Below, one piece after another: positions 1-13,954 of a stretch of DNA of 64,000 nt. Below the pieces are notes generated by a model. That model had not been told where the DNA came from and did not search any database. It saw only the letters and a list, made by a program, of their open reading frames with translations. A program made the translations under genes and the position numbers. Every line of letters begins with the position of its first letter. The stretch's first letter is position 1. This stretch comes from Mobula hypostoma (Eukaryota). The DNA lies in NCBI RefSeq assembly GCF_963921235.1, contig NC_086097.1:7564001-7628000 (forward strand). The letters run 5' to 3'.

Positions 1-92
1 AGGTCGGTGAGACTAGGTGAGAGTAAGCATTCGGCACAGACTAGAAGGGCCGAGATGGCCTGTTTCCACGCTGTAATTGTTATATGGTTATA
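1..92 (+). mobile_element. CR1 3' terminus (runs off the window start)
   Basis: Matches 36760-36850. Confidence 0.75.
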
Positions 93-647
93 TTTCAAAA
101 AGGGAGCAAAATAAATAGTGAGGTAGTGTACATGGGTTTATTGTTCTTTCAGAAATCTGGTGGCAGAGGGGAAGAAGCTGTTCCTAAAATGTTGAATGTG
201 TGTCTCCAGGCATCTGTACCTTCTCTTTGATGGTAGCAATCAGAAGAGGGCATGGCTTGGGTGATGAGGGTCTTTAACGGTGGATGTCACCATTTTGAGA
301 CATCACCTATGGAAGGTATCTTCCATGATGGAGCTGGCTGTGCTTACAACTTCCTGCAGTTTTTTCTAATCCTGTGCAATGGCCCCTCCATACCGAATGA
401 TGATGCAACCAGTTAGACTGCTCTGCATGGACTTGTGAACTGTCGGGTGATGTAAGCTACCTTTGTAGATCCAAATTAAGTGAGACAAATTCAGTAAGTG
501 TCTTCTGAGCTCCACCCAAACTACGGTTCCCTTATAAAATCCCTCATAATTTAGATATCACCATAGTTCCTAGAACATTCAGAAAGTCGTCAGTTGGTTA
601 CATACGGACTTCCATAAAGATACCCTCACATTTTCTATTCTTTTTAG

Positions 648-1050
648 GAAAATGCTGGAATTATTTAGCAGTTCAGGCTATATCTATGGAGAAACAAAGA
701 AAGATAATGTTTCCAGTTAACATACAAACATGGTGAAGGAACTCAGCAGGTCAGGCTATATCTATGGAATGGAACAAAGAACTGATCATTAGAGTTGAGA
801 TTCTAGATTTCTAGTATCTGCAGAAGCTCTTGTATTTATAATATTTCAGGTTGATAGCTCTTTATCAGAAAAAAGAAATCTGGAGAATGCTCAATTTGAA
901 CTGTTAACTCTCTCCAGAAATCACAAACATGAGAAAATCTGCAGATGCTGGAAATTATGAAGGTTCTCGGCCCAGAACGTCGACTGTTTACTCTTTTCCA
1001 TAGATGCTGCCTGGCCTGCTGAGTTCCCCCAACGTTTTGTGTGTATCTCT
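648..1050. mobile_element. Cluster of nested, decayed Penelope pLTR pieces
   Basis: Repeated gaactcagcaggtcaggc / atctgcagatgctggaaa / ggcccagaacgtcgactg...gatgctgcctggcctgctgagttc. Confidence 0.55.
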
Positions 1051-1389
1051 CTAAAAATACTGTCTAACCTACTGTACACCCAGCATTCCATGGATAATTA
1101 ATAGGCCAGATTCTGCTCCCATATGGTCTTATTTCTTGTTTTTATTTCATATTACCAACAACAAAGTACATATTTATTTAAAGATGCAGCACATAGCAGG
1201 CCCTTTTATCCCAACAAACCACACCACCCAGCAATCCACCTGTTTTAAACCTGGCCTAGTCGTAGGCCAATTTCCAGTGACCAATTACCAACTAATCAGT
1301 AAATCATTTCCCTTTTCTGTATACACTTGTCTTAAATGCATCCCTGCTTATTCCTTATTTATTTGCAGCTGTGTACATACATCTATTGA

Positions 1390-2000
1390 TACTTCTGGAC
1401 ACATCTTCAGTGATGTTCCTGGAATCATCGGGTGTTTCGAGTCTTTCAACATCATACAACCTCCTCCAGGTGACCCAGCCGGGGCTGATCAGACCCCAGC
1501 TTGTGTCCAGATGGCTAGCTACTTATGACTCCATGGCTCCCCTTTTTTGAGCCACAGCCATCTTGAGGCCCTCTCTGCCGGATCGGTGGTACTGTGGATG
1601 GCTCTCCTCTTCCTCTCCCCCTCGATGCCCAAAATTCTGAAGGCTCTAACTAAGGAACGGGCTGCAAATTCCCTACAACCAGCCTCCACTGGGAGACACC
1701 TCGCTCTCCAACCAGCCTGCTGACAGTTGCTGACCAGTCCTGCGTACTTGGAGAGCTTCCTTTCAAAGGCCTCTTCCAAGTGATCTTCCCATGGGACTGT
1801 CAGCTCCAGCAGCACCACTTGCTTAGTAGACTCAGACACTAGGACAATGTTTGGTCGCAGGGTGGTGGCTGTGATATGGTTGGGGAACTTCAGCTGCCCT
1901 TCGAGGTCCACCAACAGCTGCCAGTCTCTTGCAGAGGTCAGAATACCTGCAGATGTTCTTTTGGCAGGTATTGGCTGCTCCCCAGCTCTGACAAAGGTCA
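1390..2000 (-). mobile_element. HERO-like (R2 group) non-LTR retrotransposon 3' fragment with restriction-like endonuclease domain
   Basis: ORF 1519..2076: TTLRPNIVL...LLELTVPWE...ERKLSKY...PVEAGCR...ASRWLW, a PD-(D/E)xK-type RLE with the catalytic PD read as PN; 3' UTR follows. Confidence 0.8.
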
Positions 2001-3133
2001 TCCTGAAACAAGGAAGCAGACAGGAGTTAATTCCACTATTGGGTTTAGCAGATTGCATTCTGGGAAGAATATTCATGATTAAGTGAGTATTAACAACAAT
2101 CCAGAAGCCATATTACTGATATATTTAATTAACTCAACAGACCTGATACACTTAATTAAATGTAATTAAATTCCCCAGGTGCAACATGGAACCTTAAACT
2201 CACATCGCTTAATGAATGATCCACATATCTGGGACCTGATCCAATAACTCAAACACTCAACCAATATTAACATAACTATTCTATGTACTATGGTGTGTCA
2301 CATCTGCATTGCCATTTGGCTGTAACTCGATTTGAATTTTGACTTGGATCTACTGGTGACCATAAATGAAACATCTTCACTTCAAATGTCTTCGCAAGTC
2401 CCTTCAAGACATTAAAGGCTTCTTTCAGGCCAATTTTTCTTTTTCTGAAGCAAACGATCCCAGCTGTTTCAGTCTTAATGACATCTACATTTTTTTCACA
2501 GTGTCATTGTAAATTTTACTTGTTTTTACACTGCTTCTATGTTCTATTTGCAACAGAGTATAAATCTGTGCAGTGTAGTTTGATACATGTTTAACAACAT
2601 AGGGTTTGTGTAACACTATTACAGCTTGGGGCAGTGGAGTTCAGAGTTTAATTCCGGCCCCATCAGTCAGGAGTTTGTACTTCCTCCCCTGAGCATGTGG
2701 GCTTTCTCGAGGTGCTCTGTTTTCTCTCAAAAGTCCAACGACATATCAGTTAGTAGGTTAATTGGTCATCGTAGATTGTCCTGTGATAGATGAGTTGCTG
2801 GGTGATGCAGCTCGTTAGACCGGAAGGGGTCTAAATTAATTAGTTAATTAATTAACTAATCCTCCGACCAGCATTCCTGACACTGAGTATGTGTTCTTCT
2901 TTGCTTCATTAAATGCATGCTCTGAATTTTCCACAGTATTCATCTACATGAGATATATTGGTGCAACTAAACTGCTTACATTTCCCTCAGCTCTTGCGCT
3001 ACAGTTATGTTCTTCACTGTGGAATGACATGCAACTTCCCCAGGGCCATTTTATGGTTTCAAGTTGCTGGCAGGAATGAAAGGGATAAACAGAGCATTTT
3101 AAAATCGGGAAACTGTAACTCGTGGATCACCAT

Positions 3134-3438
3134 GGGGCAGCGCAGTAGCATTAGTGGTTAGCACAATGCTTCACAGTACCACCAGTCCGGGTTCAATCCC
3201 CATCATTGGCTCTAAGGAGTTTGTACGTTCTCCACTTGACCGCATGGGTCTCCTCCAGGTTCTCTGGTTTCCTTCCACAGTCCAAAGACGTACCTGTTGT
3301 TGGGCTAATTAACCATTGTATATTGTCCAGTGATTAGGCGAGGATTAAATCAGAGGGATTACTGGGCAGCACGTCCCGAAGGGCCAGAGGAGAATATTTC
3401 CTGCTCTATCTCAACAAATAAATAAATAAATAAATAAA
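3134..3438 (+). mobile_element. tRNA-derived SINE (HE1/V-SINE-like), full length
   Basis: A box tagcattagtgg, B box ggttcaatcc, conserved core ggagtttgtacgttctcc...ccacagtccaaagacgtac, (taaa)n tail. Confidence 0.8.
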
Positions 3439-5104
3439 TCATTGATTAGAACTCAGGTTCCAGCAGCTAAAATCCACATTAATTTCTCAGAGTACTGTGT
3501 GCATTGTGTCCCAAATTTGGTGTTGGCTTAACTTCTGGTGGGAAGAAAAATATACAAATAGAACACAAATCCTCAAGGAGAGATATGCAGGTTAACCGAG
3601 TAAAAACAAGAAAATGGCGGACCGAATATGAGAAGTGTGAGGTTCTTCAGTTTAATGGAAGGACAGAAAACCAAAGTGTTATTTTATAAATGCAACAATA
3701 TTAAATATTAGTATTCATAGAGAGATAGAGTGAAGGTCCAACAAGGAATTAAAAATGTAATGAAGAATTGACATGTATTGCAAAAGTACAAGTATAAGCC
3801 TTAGTAAGACCACACCAGGAATATAATGTATAGATTTGATATACTTATTTAAGGTAAGATATATTAGCCTTGGAGGCAGTGCAATTAGATTCATTGCTTT
3901 CATTCCTGAGGTGGGAATATCATATTATATTAAATTAGATTAGACAAGCTTTATCTGTCACATGTACATTGAAACATACAATGAGACGTGTCTCTTGTGT
4001 TGGGGTTGTGCTGGGTCAGCCTGTATCACCACACTTCCAGTACCAACATAGCATGCTTACCATCAGAATCAGTTTTAATATCCCCAGCATATGTTGTGAA
4101 ATGTGTTGTTTTTGCAGCAGCATTACATTGTATTACATTAAAATAAAAACTGTGATTTACAATCAGTACAAATATACATAAAACAGTTAAATTAAATAAG
4201 TAGTGCAAATGAAGCAGTCAGGTCGTGTTCATGGGTTCAATGCCCATTCAGAAATCTGATGGTGGAGGGGAAGAAGCTTTTCCTGAATCATTGAGTGTGT
4301 GTCTTCAGGCTCCTGTACCTCCTCCCTGATGGCAACAATGAGAACAAGGCATGTCCTGGGTGATGGGAGTCCTTAATGACAGATGCAGCCTTTTTGGGGC
4401 AACCTGGATGCTGTGGAGGTTAGTGCAAATGATGCACCAGACTGAGTTCACAACCTTCTGCAGGTTCTTCTGATCCTGTGCAGCTTACCAACCCCTATTA
4501 ACCTGTACGTCCTTGGAATGTGGGGGAAAATGGAGCACCTGGAAAATGTACACAGTCCTTACAGACAGTAGCTATGTGATGAAAAGATGGAAAAATATAG
4601 ATCTCTGAACTCTGGAGTGGAGAGGAAGGAGAGTGATCTCACTGAAACATAAGATGCTCATGGGATTTGACAGGATAGATTGTCTGAGGATGTTTCTCCC
4701 GTGGGGAAAATTGAGAACAAGCAGGAATGTTCTTGGAATAAAAGAGCTGGTTACTCAAGACTGAGATGAGAAGTAATTTCTTCTCTCAGGGCGGTAAACC
4801 TGAATAAGAGTGATTTTGCAGAATGCCGTAAATGTACATATATTATTGTACATGTGTATACTGTCTGAGAACCTCAAACAAAAAGACAGTGAAACTACAC
4901 AAGGAAAATATTTAAGAGCAATGTTTAGAATCACAATGTGTCACTAATTCATTTAGGCTAACTAATCACATTGATCATTCTTCAACCTAGGCCATAATTA
5001 GCATCAGGTTGATATCAAGAATCTGGCCCTGGTCCATCCACTCATCCCAATATGTTTAGGATTTTGAATGTTGAACATCCAGACAGCAGGTTTCATGAAG
5101 AGGA

Positions 5105-5655
5105 TGAAGGACTCTGTTGGCCATGGATGCTGTGTCTGAGCTGTCATATGCAACCAGGGCAGTACGATATGGAGAGCAAGCTGTTGCCCGTGCATCAGGC
5201 TCCCTCTCTATGCAGCTGATGACTCCAAAGCAACAGCAAAGACCAAAATAGTTTGACACGCCCAGCGTCACAGGAGCTGCCAGTCAACATTGAACTCAAT
5301 GTTGGACTGCTGTAGAGACTCCACCTCTGGATTTTCCCTCAGGGTTTACTCCTGAAGCCTTCCCCATGTGTGGGTATAGTTTCAGATCAGAGTTTTCCCT
5401 CTTCTAGATGAGCTGCCAACTGTGGCTGATGAGCTGCATCTGCCCAAAGCCATCTGTTTTAAGGCAATAGTAATCTGCCTTTGCCTCTTCTCCTGTCAGT
5501 AGAAATGGTTCCGTTGGGCTTAGTAGCTACGCCACACATGAAGGCCAGGAGCTGGACTTGATTGTCAGAGGCTATTTAAAACACACACCATTGGGAACAT
5601 TTAATAGATAGTAGGAACTTATCCACACTCCCGCCCCCGGCTGTAACAACATTAA
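5105..5655 (-). mobile_element. Family A copy
   Basis: Aligns end to end with 12088-12632 and 56368-56872. Confidence 0.65.
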
Positions 5656-5837
5656 GGATCCAAATGTTACATAATTGTCCTAAGAAAATGCTAATACGGA
5701 TATTGTAAGTATAATGAATACCTACAAGTAGATGAAGAATGGTGAAGATAGTATGATAGGTGCAAAACTTTCCATGATTCAGATTACATTATTCAGTAAG
5801 TGTAACATAATGAAGTGGACGAATTTTGACATACAAA

Positions 5838-6395
5838 TCATAGAACCACAGAACCTTGCAGTACAGACACAGGTACTTCAGCCCATCTTATCTGTACCGA
5901 ACCATTTAAAGTGCCTACTCCGATCAAACTGCACCAGGACCAGAGCCCTCCATATCCCTAACATCCATGTACCTATCGAAAATTCTCTTAAATGTTAAAA
6001 TCAAGCTCGCATGCACAACCTGTGCTGTCAGCTCATTCCACACTGTCACGACCCTCTAAATAAAGAAGTTTCCCCTCATGTTCCTCTTAAGCTTTTCAAT
6101 TTTCACCCTTAACCCATGACCTCCAGTTGTAGTCCTACCCAACCTCAGTGGAAAAAGCCTGCTTGCATCTACCCTATCTATACCCCTCATAAGTTTGTAT
6201 ACCTCTAACAAATCTGCCCTCAGTTTTCTACATTACAAGGAATAAATCCTAACCTATTCAGTCTTTCCTTATAATCCAGGTCCTCCAGTCCCAGCAACAT
6301 CCTTATAAATTTTCTGTATACTCTTTCAACCTTCTTTACATCTTCTCTATAGGTGGGTGACCAAAGCTTCACACAATACTCCAAATTAGGCCTCA
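5838..6395 (-). mobile_element. CR1 3' fragment
   Basis: RPNLEYCVKLWSP...ERLNRLG; catagaac tail. Confidence 0.8.
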
Positions 6396-6714
6396 GAAAC
6401 AATATCAGAATATAAAGCCTTTCTATCATAGATATTATAGTTTTCCCACTTTTAAGGGTCATCAGAAAAGCTCACAAAGTAGTTAGATACAAAGTTCAAA
6501 GTAAATTTATTATCAAAGTGCATATATGTCAACATATACAACCCTGAGATTCATTTTCTTGCAGGCATATTCATTAAATGCAAAGAAGCACTATAGAATC
6601 TATGAAAATTCACACACAAGATAAACAAAGAACAATGTGCAAAAGATAACAAACTGCTTGTGGCTGTGGGACTCTTTTTCTGGGGTTTTTGCTATTTGAT
6701 GTTTAATATCCGAA

Positions 6715-7506
6715 TCAAAATCAGAATCAGGATGAGGTTTATTATCACCGGCATGTGACGTGAAATTTGTTAACTTTGCAGCAGCAGTTCAATGCAATAC
6801 ATAATCGAGCAGAGAGACAAAAAAAAATTAAATTAAACATAATAAATAAACAAGTATATCAATTATGTATATTGAATAGATTATTAAAAACGTGCAAAAA
6901 CAGAAATACTGTATATTAAAAAGATGAGGTAGTGTCCAAAGCTTCAAAGTCCATTCAGGAATCGGATGGCAGAGGGGAAGAAACTGTTTCTGAATCACTG
7001 AGTGTGTGCCTTCAGGTCAGAGTGCCTTCAGTATCTTCCAGTCCTGTACAGTAGCCCCCTCCATACCAGACAGTGATGCAGCCTGTCAGAATGCTTTCCA
7101 CGGTATGGCTATAGCAGTTTTTGAGTGTATTTGTTGACATGCCAAATTGTTTCAAACTTCTAATAAAGTATAGCCACTGTTTTGCTTTCTTTATGACTAC
7201 ATCAATGTGTTGGGACCAGGTTAGATCCTCAGAGATCTTTACATCCAGGAACTTGAAGGAGACCGCTCTCTCTGCTTCCGATCTCTCTTTGAGGATTGGT
7301 ATGTGTTCTTTCGTCTTACCCTTCCTGACGTCCACCATCAGCTCTTTCGTCTTACTGACGTTGAGTGCCAGGTTGTTGCTGTGGCACCATTCCACTAGTT
7401 GGCATATCTCACTCCTGTGTGCCCTCTCGTCACCAGCTGAGATTCTGCCAACAATGGTTGTATCACCAGCAAATCTGTAGATGGTATTTGAGCTATGCCT
7501 AGCCAC
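6715..7506 (-). mobile_element. Rex1/Babar-type LINE 3' fragment
   Basis: FAGDTTIVGRI...WCHSNNLALNVSKTKELMVD...ESILTGCITVWYG; 3' UTR with (attctg)n tail. Confidence 0.8.
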
Positions 7507-8244
7507 ACAAATTTTCCCACGATTAGTCTCAGATTAAATCAGGGGGTTGCTGGCAGAGCAGACTGAAGGGCCAGAAGGCCTGATCTGTGTATATCTCAAT
7601 AAATTAAAATAAATACTTCATCATTTCCCGTCAGTGACCTTATGTACAGACACTTCAGTTCCTACTGTCACTTTATGGACATACAATCAATCTATGTATC
7701 CCATGTATTTATATTTACCATGTTTTTTTATTATTGTGTTCTTTATCTAATTGTGGTTTTTTTGTGCTAAATCAGATTTGGAGTAGCAATTATTTTGTTC
7801 TATTTTACTCTTGCGTACTGGAAATGACATTAAACAATGCTGCATTTTGAAATATTACCTCTGATTCTCTTTCCACCAATGGTCCCTGACCAGCTGAGTG
7901 TTTCCACCATCTTCTGTTTGCACTTTGGGAAATTTGCGGCTTTCTTCGATGCTGCTCAATTGACATCATTCCTCAATTGATGTCGAAAAGTTTGCCCAGA
8001 AGATGACAGAAGAGGGTCAAGCAGCAAAATATTCAGTGACTCCAGAGATGTATGCTACGCACATAACCAGTATAGATTTCCACACTCGACACAAGCATTG
8101 ACAATAAAGTTATAAAGGTCAAAGGGAATTTAAAAATTAATGAATCAATTAACCTTGTAAATTTGCATATGTCGTCAACAGTTTCATTTCTGATAGAGAC
8201 AGAAACAATGGAGTATCAGTAACTAAATGATATTATTTCGCATT

Positions 8245-8710
8245 TTAAGTTTTTGAGGATGAACATCACCGAGGAGCTCTCGTGGTCCATCAACACAACC
8301 TCGATAGCAGGGAAGCTACAACAGTGACTATACTACCTGAGGTACATAAGGAGAGCTAATCTGCCTCAAAAATCATTGTCCAACTTTTATCGATGTTCAA
8401 TAGAGTGCATACTGATAAACAGAATGACAGTGTGGCACTCCAGCTGAAGCAAGACAGATCACAAAGCACTCCAGGGGCAACTAGGATGGCTCAGCACAAC
8501 ATTGGAACTCAACTTCCGGTCTTGGAGACAACCTACAACTCTCGATGCCTGCGGCACACATGTAACATTATTGAAGACCCATTCCATCCAGACACAGTCT
8601 GTTTAATCTTCTGCCATCTAGTAGGAGATACAGAAACATTTTAGCCAAGACAGTAAGATAGAAAAACAGCTTCTTCCTGTGGGCTGTTGTGCAGCTGAAT
8701 AATGCTACAC
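8245..8710 (+). mobile_element. Decayed Rex1/Babar-type fragment
   Basis: FKFLRMNITEELSWS; NIIEDPFHP; NSFF motifs. Confidence 0.6.
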
Positions 8711-9439
8711 CCCGGCTTGCCAATGGCCTTTGAATTTTATGGCCTATCAAAGTCACTTGTTGCATGTAAATATGGGAATTTAAAAAAAATTAAACCATAC
8801 CGCATATATTGTAAATATCTGTTTTGCACGGACTGGAGTAGCACCACAATCTCATTGTCTTGGACAATGAGAATAAGGAAAATTCTGTTCCATCATATTC
8901 CATTCATACTCAAGTTTACAGTTCTTCATTGACTAAAACAAATGCAGTTTTAGAGCCTTTTAAGTTTGCCACATATTACTCTGCACATTTTCCCCACACG
9001 TTAGTAAAATAGAGGAGCAGTTACATTACCTTCAGAGCGTCTTGGTTTACTACCCCAGAGAGCAGTGAAGGCTGGGTCATTGTGGACTGAGGCTGAAGCA
9101 GACAGCTCTTGGTGTTTACGGGGAAAGCAAGGTTATAAGATCACACAGTGGGGAGGAGTTGAGTCCAGAGATCAAATCAACTATGATCTTGTTGAATGAT
9201 AAAGCAGGTTCAAGGAATAACTTAGTCAAATCCTGCATTAAAACAAAACATTCTTATCTGGAAAACTGAGAAAAGAATCTTGAAAGGGGGGAAGTATCTG
9301 TTCATTAAATTGTGGAGTCATACAGTAGATTCATTCAACATGGAAATAGTACCTTCAGATCTCTGAGTCTGCACCAACTATCATGCTCCTGTTTGTATAA
9401 ATCCTTCACTAATCTCATTTCATTCTCCCCACATTCCAT

Positions 9440-9770
9440 AAGAACCTAAGACCACAGGAGCAGAATTAGGCCATTTAGCCCATCAAACCTGCTCTGCCAT
9501 TTGATAATGGTTGATTAATTATCCCTCTCAACCCAATTCTCCTGCCATTCCCCATGTAACCTTTGATGCACTGACTAATCAAGAATCTATCAATCTCTGC
9601 TTTAACTATAATCACTTGGTCTCCACAGCCATCTGTGGCAGTGAATTCTATGGATTCATCACCTTATGGTGAAAGAAATTCCTCCTGATCTCTTTTTAAA
9701 TGGATGTCCTTATATTCTGAGGCTGTGTCCAAGACAGGAAACATCCTTTCCACGTTAACTCTGTCTAAGA
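9440..9770 (-). mobile_element. CR1 3' UTR fragment
   Basis: Aligns with 22905-23260. Confidence 0.7.
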
Positions 9771-10079
9771 ATTTCCCACCAATTCCTCCCGATTCTTGCA
9801 GTTACTAGGAGAGTTTCACAATGATCAAGTAACCTATAAAATCTGCACAACCTTATGATGATGATTGCATTGTGCACAGCAAACTCCACTGGTAGCAATA
9901 TCATCAAAGACAGTATTATTGCAGCACAGCTGAAAGGGCCACTGCCTCGCCGGTCCGGAGACCAGGGTTCAACTCTGTGCTCTGATGCTGTCTTAGTTTG
10001 CGTGTTCTCTTTGTGTGTGTCTCAGTTTCTTCCTGGTCCTCCAGTACCCTCCCATATTCCAGGCTGGTAGGTTATATAA

Positions 10080-10475
10080 ACAAGAGATTATGCAGATACT
10101 GGAAATTGAGAGTAACTCACGCAAAATGCTGCAAGAAGTCAGCAGTTCAGGCAGCATCAATGAAAATAAATAAACAGTCAACATTTTGGGCCGAGACTCT
10201 TCTTCGGGACTGGAAAGGAAAGGAGAAGAAGCCAGAGTAAGAAGGAAGTGGAAGGGAAAGGAGTACAACCTGAAAGGTGACAGGGAAAGCCAGGAGGGTG
10301 GGGGAAGGGCTGGTGAAGCAAGAAGCTGGGAGGTGATAGGTGGGAAAGGTAAAGGGCAGAAGAAGCAGGAATCTGACAGGAGAGAAGACTGGACCAGGGA
10401 ACAAAGGGAAGGAGGAGTGGCACTGGGGGAGGTGAGGAGGAGAAGAGGTAAGAGTGGGGCCAGAGTTAGGAACTG
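10080..10475 (-). mobile_element. Penelope-like element 3' UTR/pLTR fragment
   Basis: Aligns with 28970-29330 (purine-rich block plus pLTR end); hammerhead core decayed. Confidence 0.7.
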
Positions 10476-10519
10476 AAGAAGAGCGGGGGGGGGGGAACCC
10501 TACTCCTAGTCCTCAGTCT

Positions 10520-11520
10520 AAGTACATCACTGTGTTAGACTTCCTAACTAACAGACCTCAGGTACACAGCTGCTCCATTATCCTCAACATGGATGCTTCC
10601 TGGGGCCGTGCGCTGAGCCCTTTTGCTGTGCATTCTTTTCACACATGTCTGCACAGCTGAACACATTGTCAAGTTCGCCGACGACACTACAGTGCCCTAG
10701 CATGAGGAGTCAGCCTAAAGAGAGGAAGTGGAAGAGGTCGAGACCTGATGCAGTCAAATATCCTCTTTCTTAATGTCAACACATGTCTATTGACCAGAAA
10801 AACTCTGACCTCTGACACTCCTCTTTACATCGGCAGCACAGCACTGAAAACTGCAAGAAGTTTCAAACTCTCATGGTCCCAAAGCACATTCTACACAGTC
10901 AAGCAAGCTCCCAAATAGTTTTACTTTCTGAGGAGGCTGAGGAGAGCTGGAATTTGCATTTCTATACTCCCGTCATTCTACAGAAGCACAGTCGAGAACA
11001 TCTGGACTTGATGCATCACTGCATGCGCATGGAAAGTGCACGGCTACGAACAAGAAGGCTCCACAATAGGTGGTCAGCCTGCCCAAAGCATCACAGGTAA
11101 TAGCCTATCTGTAATCAAGGACTTATGTACAAAAAGGTGCCAGAAAAGGGCCGGTAACGTCATAAAGGATCCCATGCACCCTGCTCCTCCCACCCCACCC
11201 CGATCAGGGAGGAGGCTACATAGCATCAGACTCTACAACAGTTACTTTCCCCAAGCAGTATGGCAGATCACACACTCCATCCATAACCACCACTCCTTTA
11301 TTATTTTCCATCAGTCACCTTATGTACAGCTTAATGTCACTTTATGGACATACAATCAATCTCTGTATATAAGCTATCTTATGTATTTATATTTATTGAG
11401 TTTTTTATTATTGTGTTCTTTCTGTTTTTTTGGGTTGTATCAAATCCGGAGTCACAATTATTTTGTCCTCCTTTACACTTGTGTTTTGGAAATGACATTA
11501 AACGATCTTGAACTGAATTG
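10520..11520 (+). mobile_element. Decayed Rex1/Babar-type LINE 3' fragment
   Basis: LDFLTNRPQV; KFADDT at ~10670; IKDPMHPA...RLYNSYFPQAV; 3' UTR. Confidence 0.7.
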
Positions 11521-12087
11521 AGTGAACAATGAACGCAGAATGCTACAGCATAGTACAGGCCCTTCAGCCCACGATGTTGTGCTGGCCTTCTGACCTACTC
11601 TACGATCAACCTAACCTTTCCCTCCCACAAAGCACTTCACTTTTCTATCATCCAAGTGCCCATTTCTTAAATGTCACAATGTGTCTGCCTCTGTCACCAC
11701 CTCTGATGTTCCATGCACATACTATTCTCCATGTAAAAAAACACATCTGACAGCCCTAAACTTTCCTCCAATCACCTTAAAATTAGGCCCCTCAAATTAG
11801 CTATCAGTTAAGGAGAGAAAATTGACACTATTTTATCCTATTCACACTGGCAAACTCATACTGGAATCTTGAAGCATTAAATTCCAAAGAGAACTTTCTC
11901 TACTACAGGGACTCCTACAAGAAAATGCCTTAGGTCTCTTTCACTCTGTCTAAACAGTTTTACTAAAGTTGACTTTTCTATTTTCCCAGACCATTTTCAC
12001 CGCTGTGAGGCATGGAAGGCTGTTACATCTTGAAATCAGACCAGACCTTTACTCACAAAACCCTTTATAATAATGGAAGGTGTGTTA

Positions 12088-12632
12088 TGACCGGGGGTGA
12101 TAGTGGAGATAAGCTCCTACTTGCTATTAAATGCTCCTCAATGGCGAGTGCCACAAATAGCCTCTGACAACCAAATCCAGCTGCTGGTCGGCACGAGCAG
12201 CTCAGCTATTAAGCCCCGGCGGAAACATTTCTACTGACTGAAGGGGCAAAGGTGGCTTACTGGCACCTATCGCTTTGGGTACATGAGGCTCATCAGCTGT
12301 GGTTAGCAAATCATCCAGGAAAAGGAAAACTCTGATCTCAAACCTCCACTGCCTTGTGGCTATACCCACTCATAGGGAAGGCTTCAGAAGTAAACCCTGA
12401 GGAAAAATCCGGAGCTGGACTCCCTAACGCAGGATGGTAACCCCTGCGATGCCACTGGTAGCAAGATATGTTGGTCTCTGCTGTTCCTTTGGATTAATCA
12501 GCTGTATGGGGAGGGAGAGCTTACTCCTTGGGCAACAGCTTGCTCCCTATATTCTACTGCCCTGGCTTGCATGTCACGCAGATAGCTCGGACAAAACATC
12601 CATGTTCATCTCTGACCAATGGAGGACCTCAG
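12088..12632 (+). mobile_element. Non-autonomous retroposon family A (RTE-associated, non-coding)
   Basis: Copies at 5105-5655(-), 26030-26315(-), 56368-56872(-), 38095-38190(-); ggaaaactctgatctcaaacc / gaggaaaaatccggagctgga resemble RTE 5' regions. Confidence 0.6.
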
Positions 12633-13439
12633 GAGAGAGGGGCAGATTCTCCTACTACACCAGTTAGCTAGGGTTGATTGGAAAAATACAGACTATTTTC
12701 TTCCAAGTCAAATAGAGCCATGTATGGACACTTTGAAGCAATTTACTTTTGAAAATATCGTGGCCTCATGCAGGGCTGTGACTCATTTATATACTGGCAA
12801 AAGGTACAGACAAAAATGTGGAGTACAACATTTCAAAGTATTATACAACAACATACATTGAAATATAATGCACAACACATGGTAGAAATGAATGTAAAGT
12901 TCAATGAGTCGCCTTCTATTATTTTTTTCTTTTACTGATCCAGACACAGAAAGAAACCATGACTGGCAAGAGTTCAGACAATGTCCATTGCAGCCTTTTT
13001 CGGCACAGAGGGTTTAGGTAACACCAGAAGTTAAGGAAGAGAGTGAGGAAGGGGAAGAGATATATGAGTAGACAGAAATGGGGAAATGGCAGCAAAATCT
13101 TTGCAATTATGCAGGGCAGGAGCCAGAAATAAGAATGGAAGGTTTTCATGGATTGAAATCTGACTAACAAGGCTTTACCTCCTAGGTGACTGGGAATCAG
13201 AATCAAGTTTTAATATCACTGGCATATGTTGTGAGATTTGTTGTTTTGCAGCAACAGTATATTGCAATACATAATAATAAAATACAATAAATTACAGTAA
13301 GAAATATATATCATGATTAAACTAAATACGTAGTAGTGCATAAAGAGAGCAAAAAATTAGTGAGGGATGGATTCATTGTCCATTCAGAAATGTGAGGGCA
13401 GAGGGGAAGAAGCTGTACATGAAAAAAAATCTGTTGTAC

Positions 13440-13954
13440 AGAAGAGGAGAGCTGTCGTCATTGGAGACTCTATAGTCAAGGGAGCAGACAGGAGGTTTTG
13501 TGGACGTGAGAAGGACACCCGCATGGTTTGTTGCCTCCCGGGTGCCAGGGTCCGGGACGTCTCTGACCGGGTGCACGACATCCTGGTACGAGAGGGAAAG
13601 CAACCAGAAGTCGTGATATATGTTGGGACCAACGACATAGGCAGGAAAAGGGATGAGGTCCTGAAGTGTGAGTTTCGGGAATTAGGCAGAAGGCTGAAGA
13701 ACAGGACCTCAAGGGTGATGTCCTCAGGATTGCTGCTAGTGCTACGTGACAGAGATAGTAAAAATTGGAGGAGATGGCAGTTGGATGCGTGGCTGAGGAG
13801 TTGGTGCAGGGAGCAGGGTTTTAGATTTTTAGATCATTGGGATCTCTTCTGGGGAAGGTGGGACCTGTACAGATTGGATGTGTTGCACCTGAACTCGAGG
13901 GGGAGCAATATCCTTGCAGGTAGGTTTGATAGCATGGTTCAGGGGGGGGTTTAA
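13440..13954 (+). pseudogene. CR1 ORF1 C-terminal SGNH/GDSL esterase-like domain (5' truncated)
   Basis: Motifs VIGDSIV, CCLPGARV, VGTND, D-x-LHLN. The first ~24 aa of the listed ORF 13367..13954 come from the flanking Rex-type 3' UTR. Confidence 0.85.

Noticed and set aside
3134..3210. tRNA gene
   Set aside because: A/B boxes run into a SINE core and tail; no intact cloverleaf
13367..13439. ATG at 13367 as the true CR1 ORF1 start
   Set aside because: It lies in a flanking Rex-type 3' UTR; the in-frame fusion is incidental and ORF1 is 5' truncated
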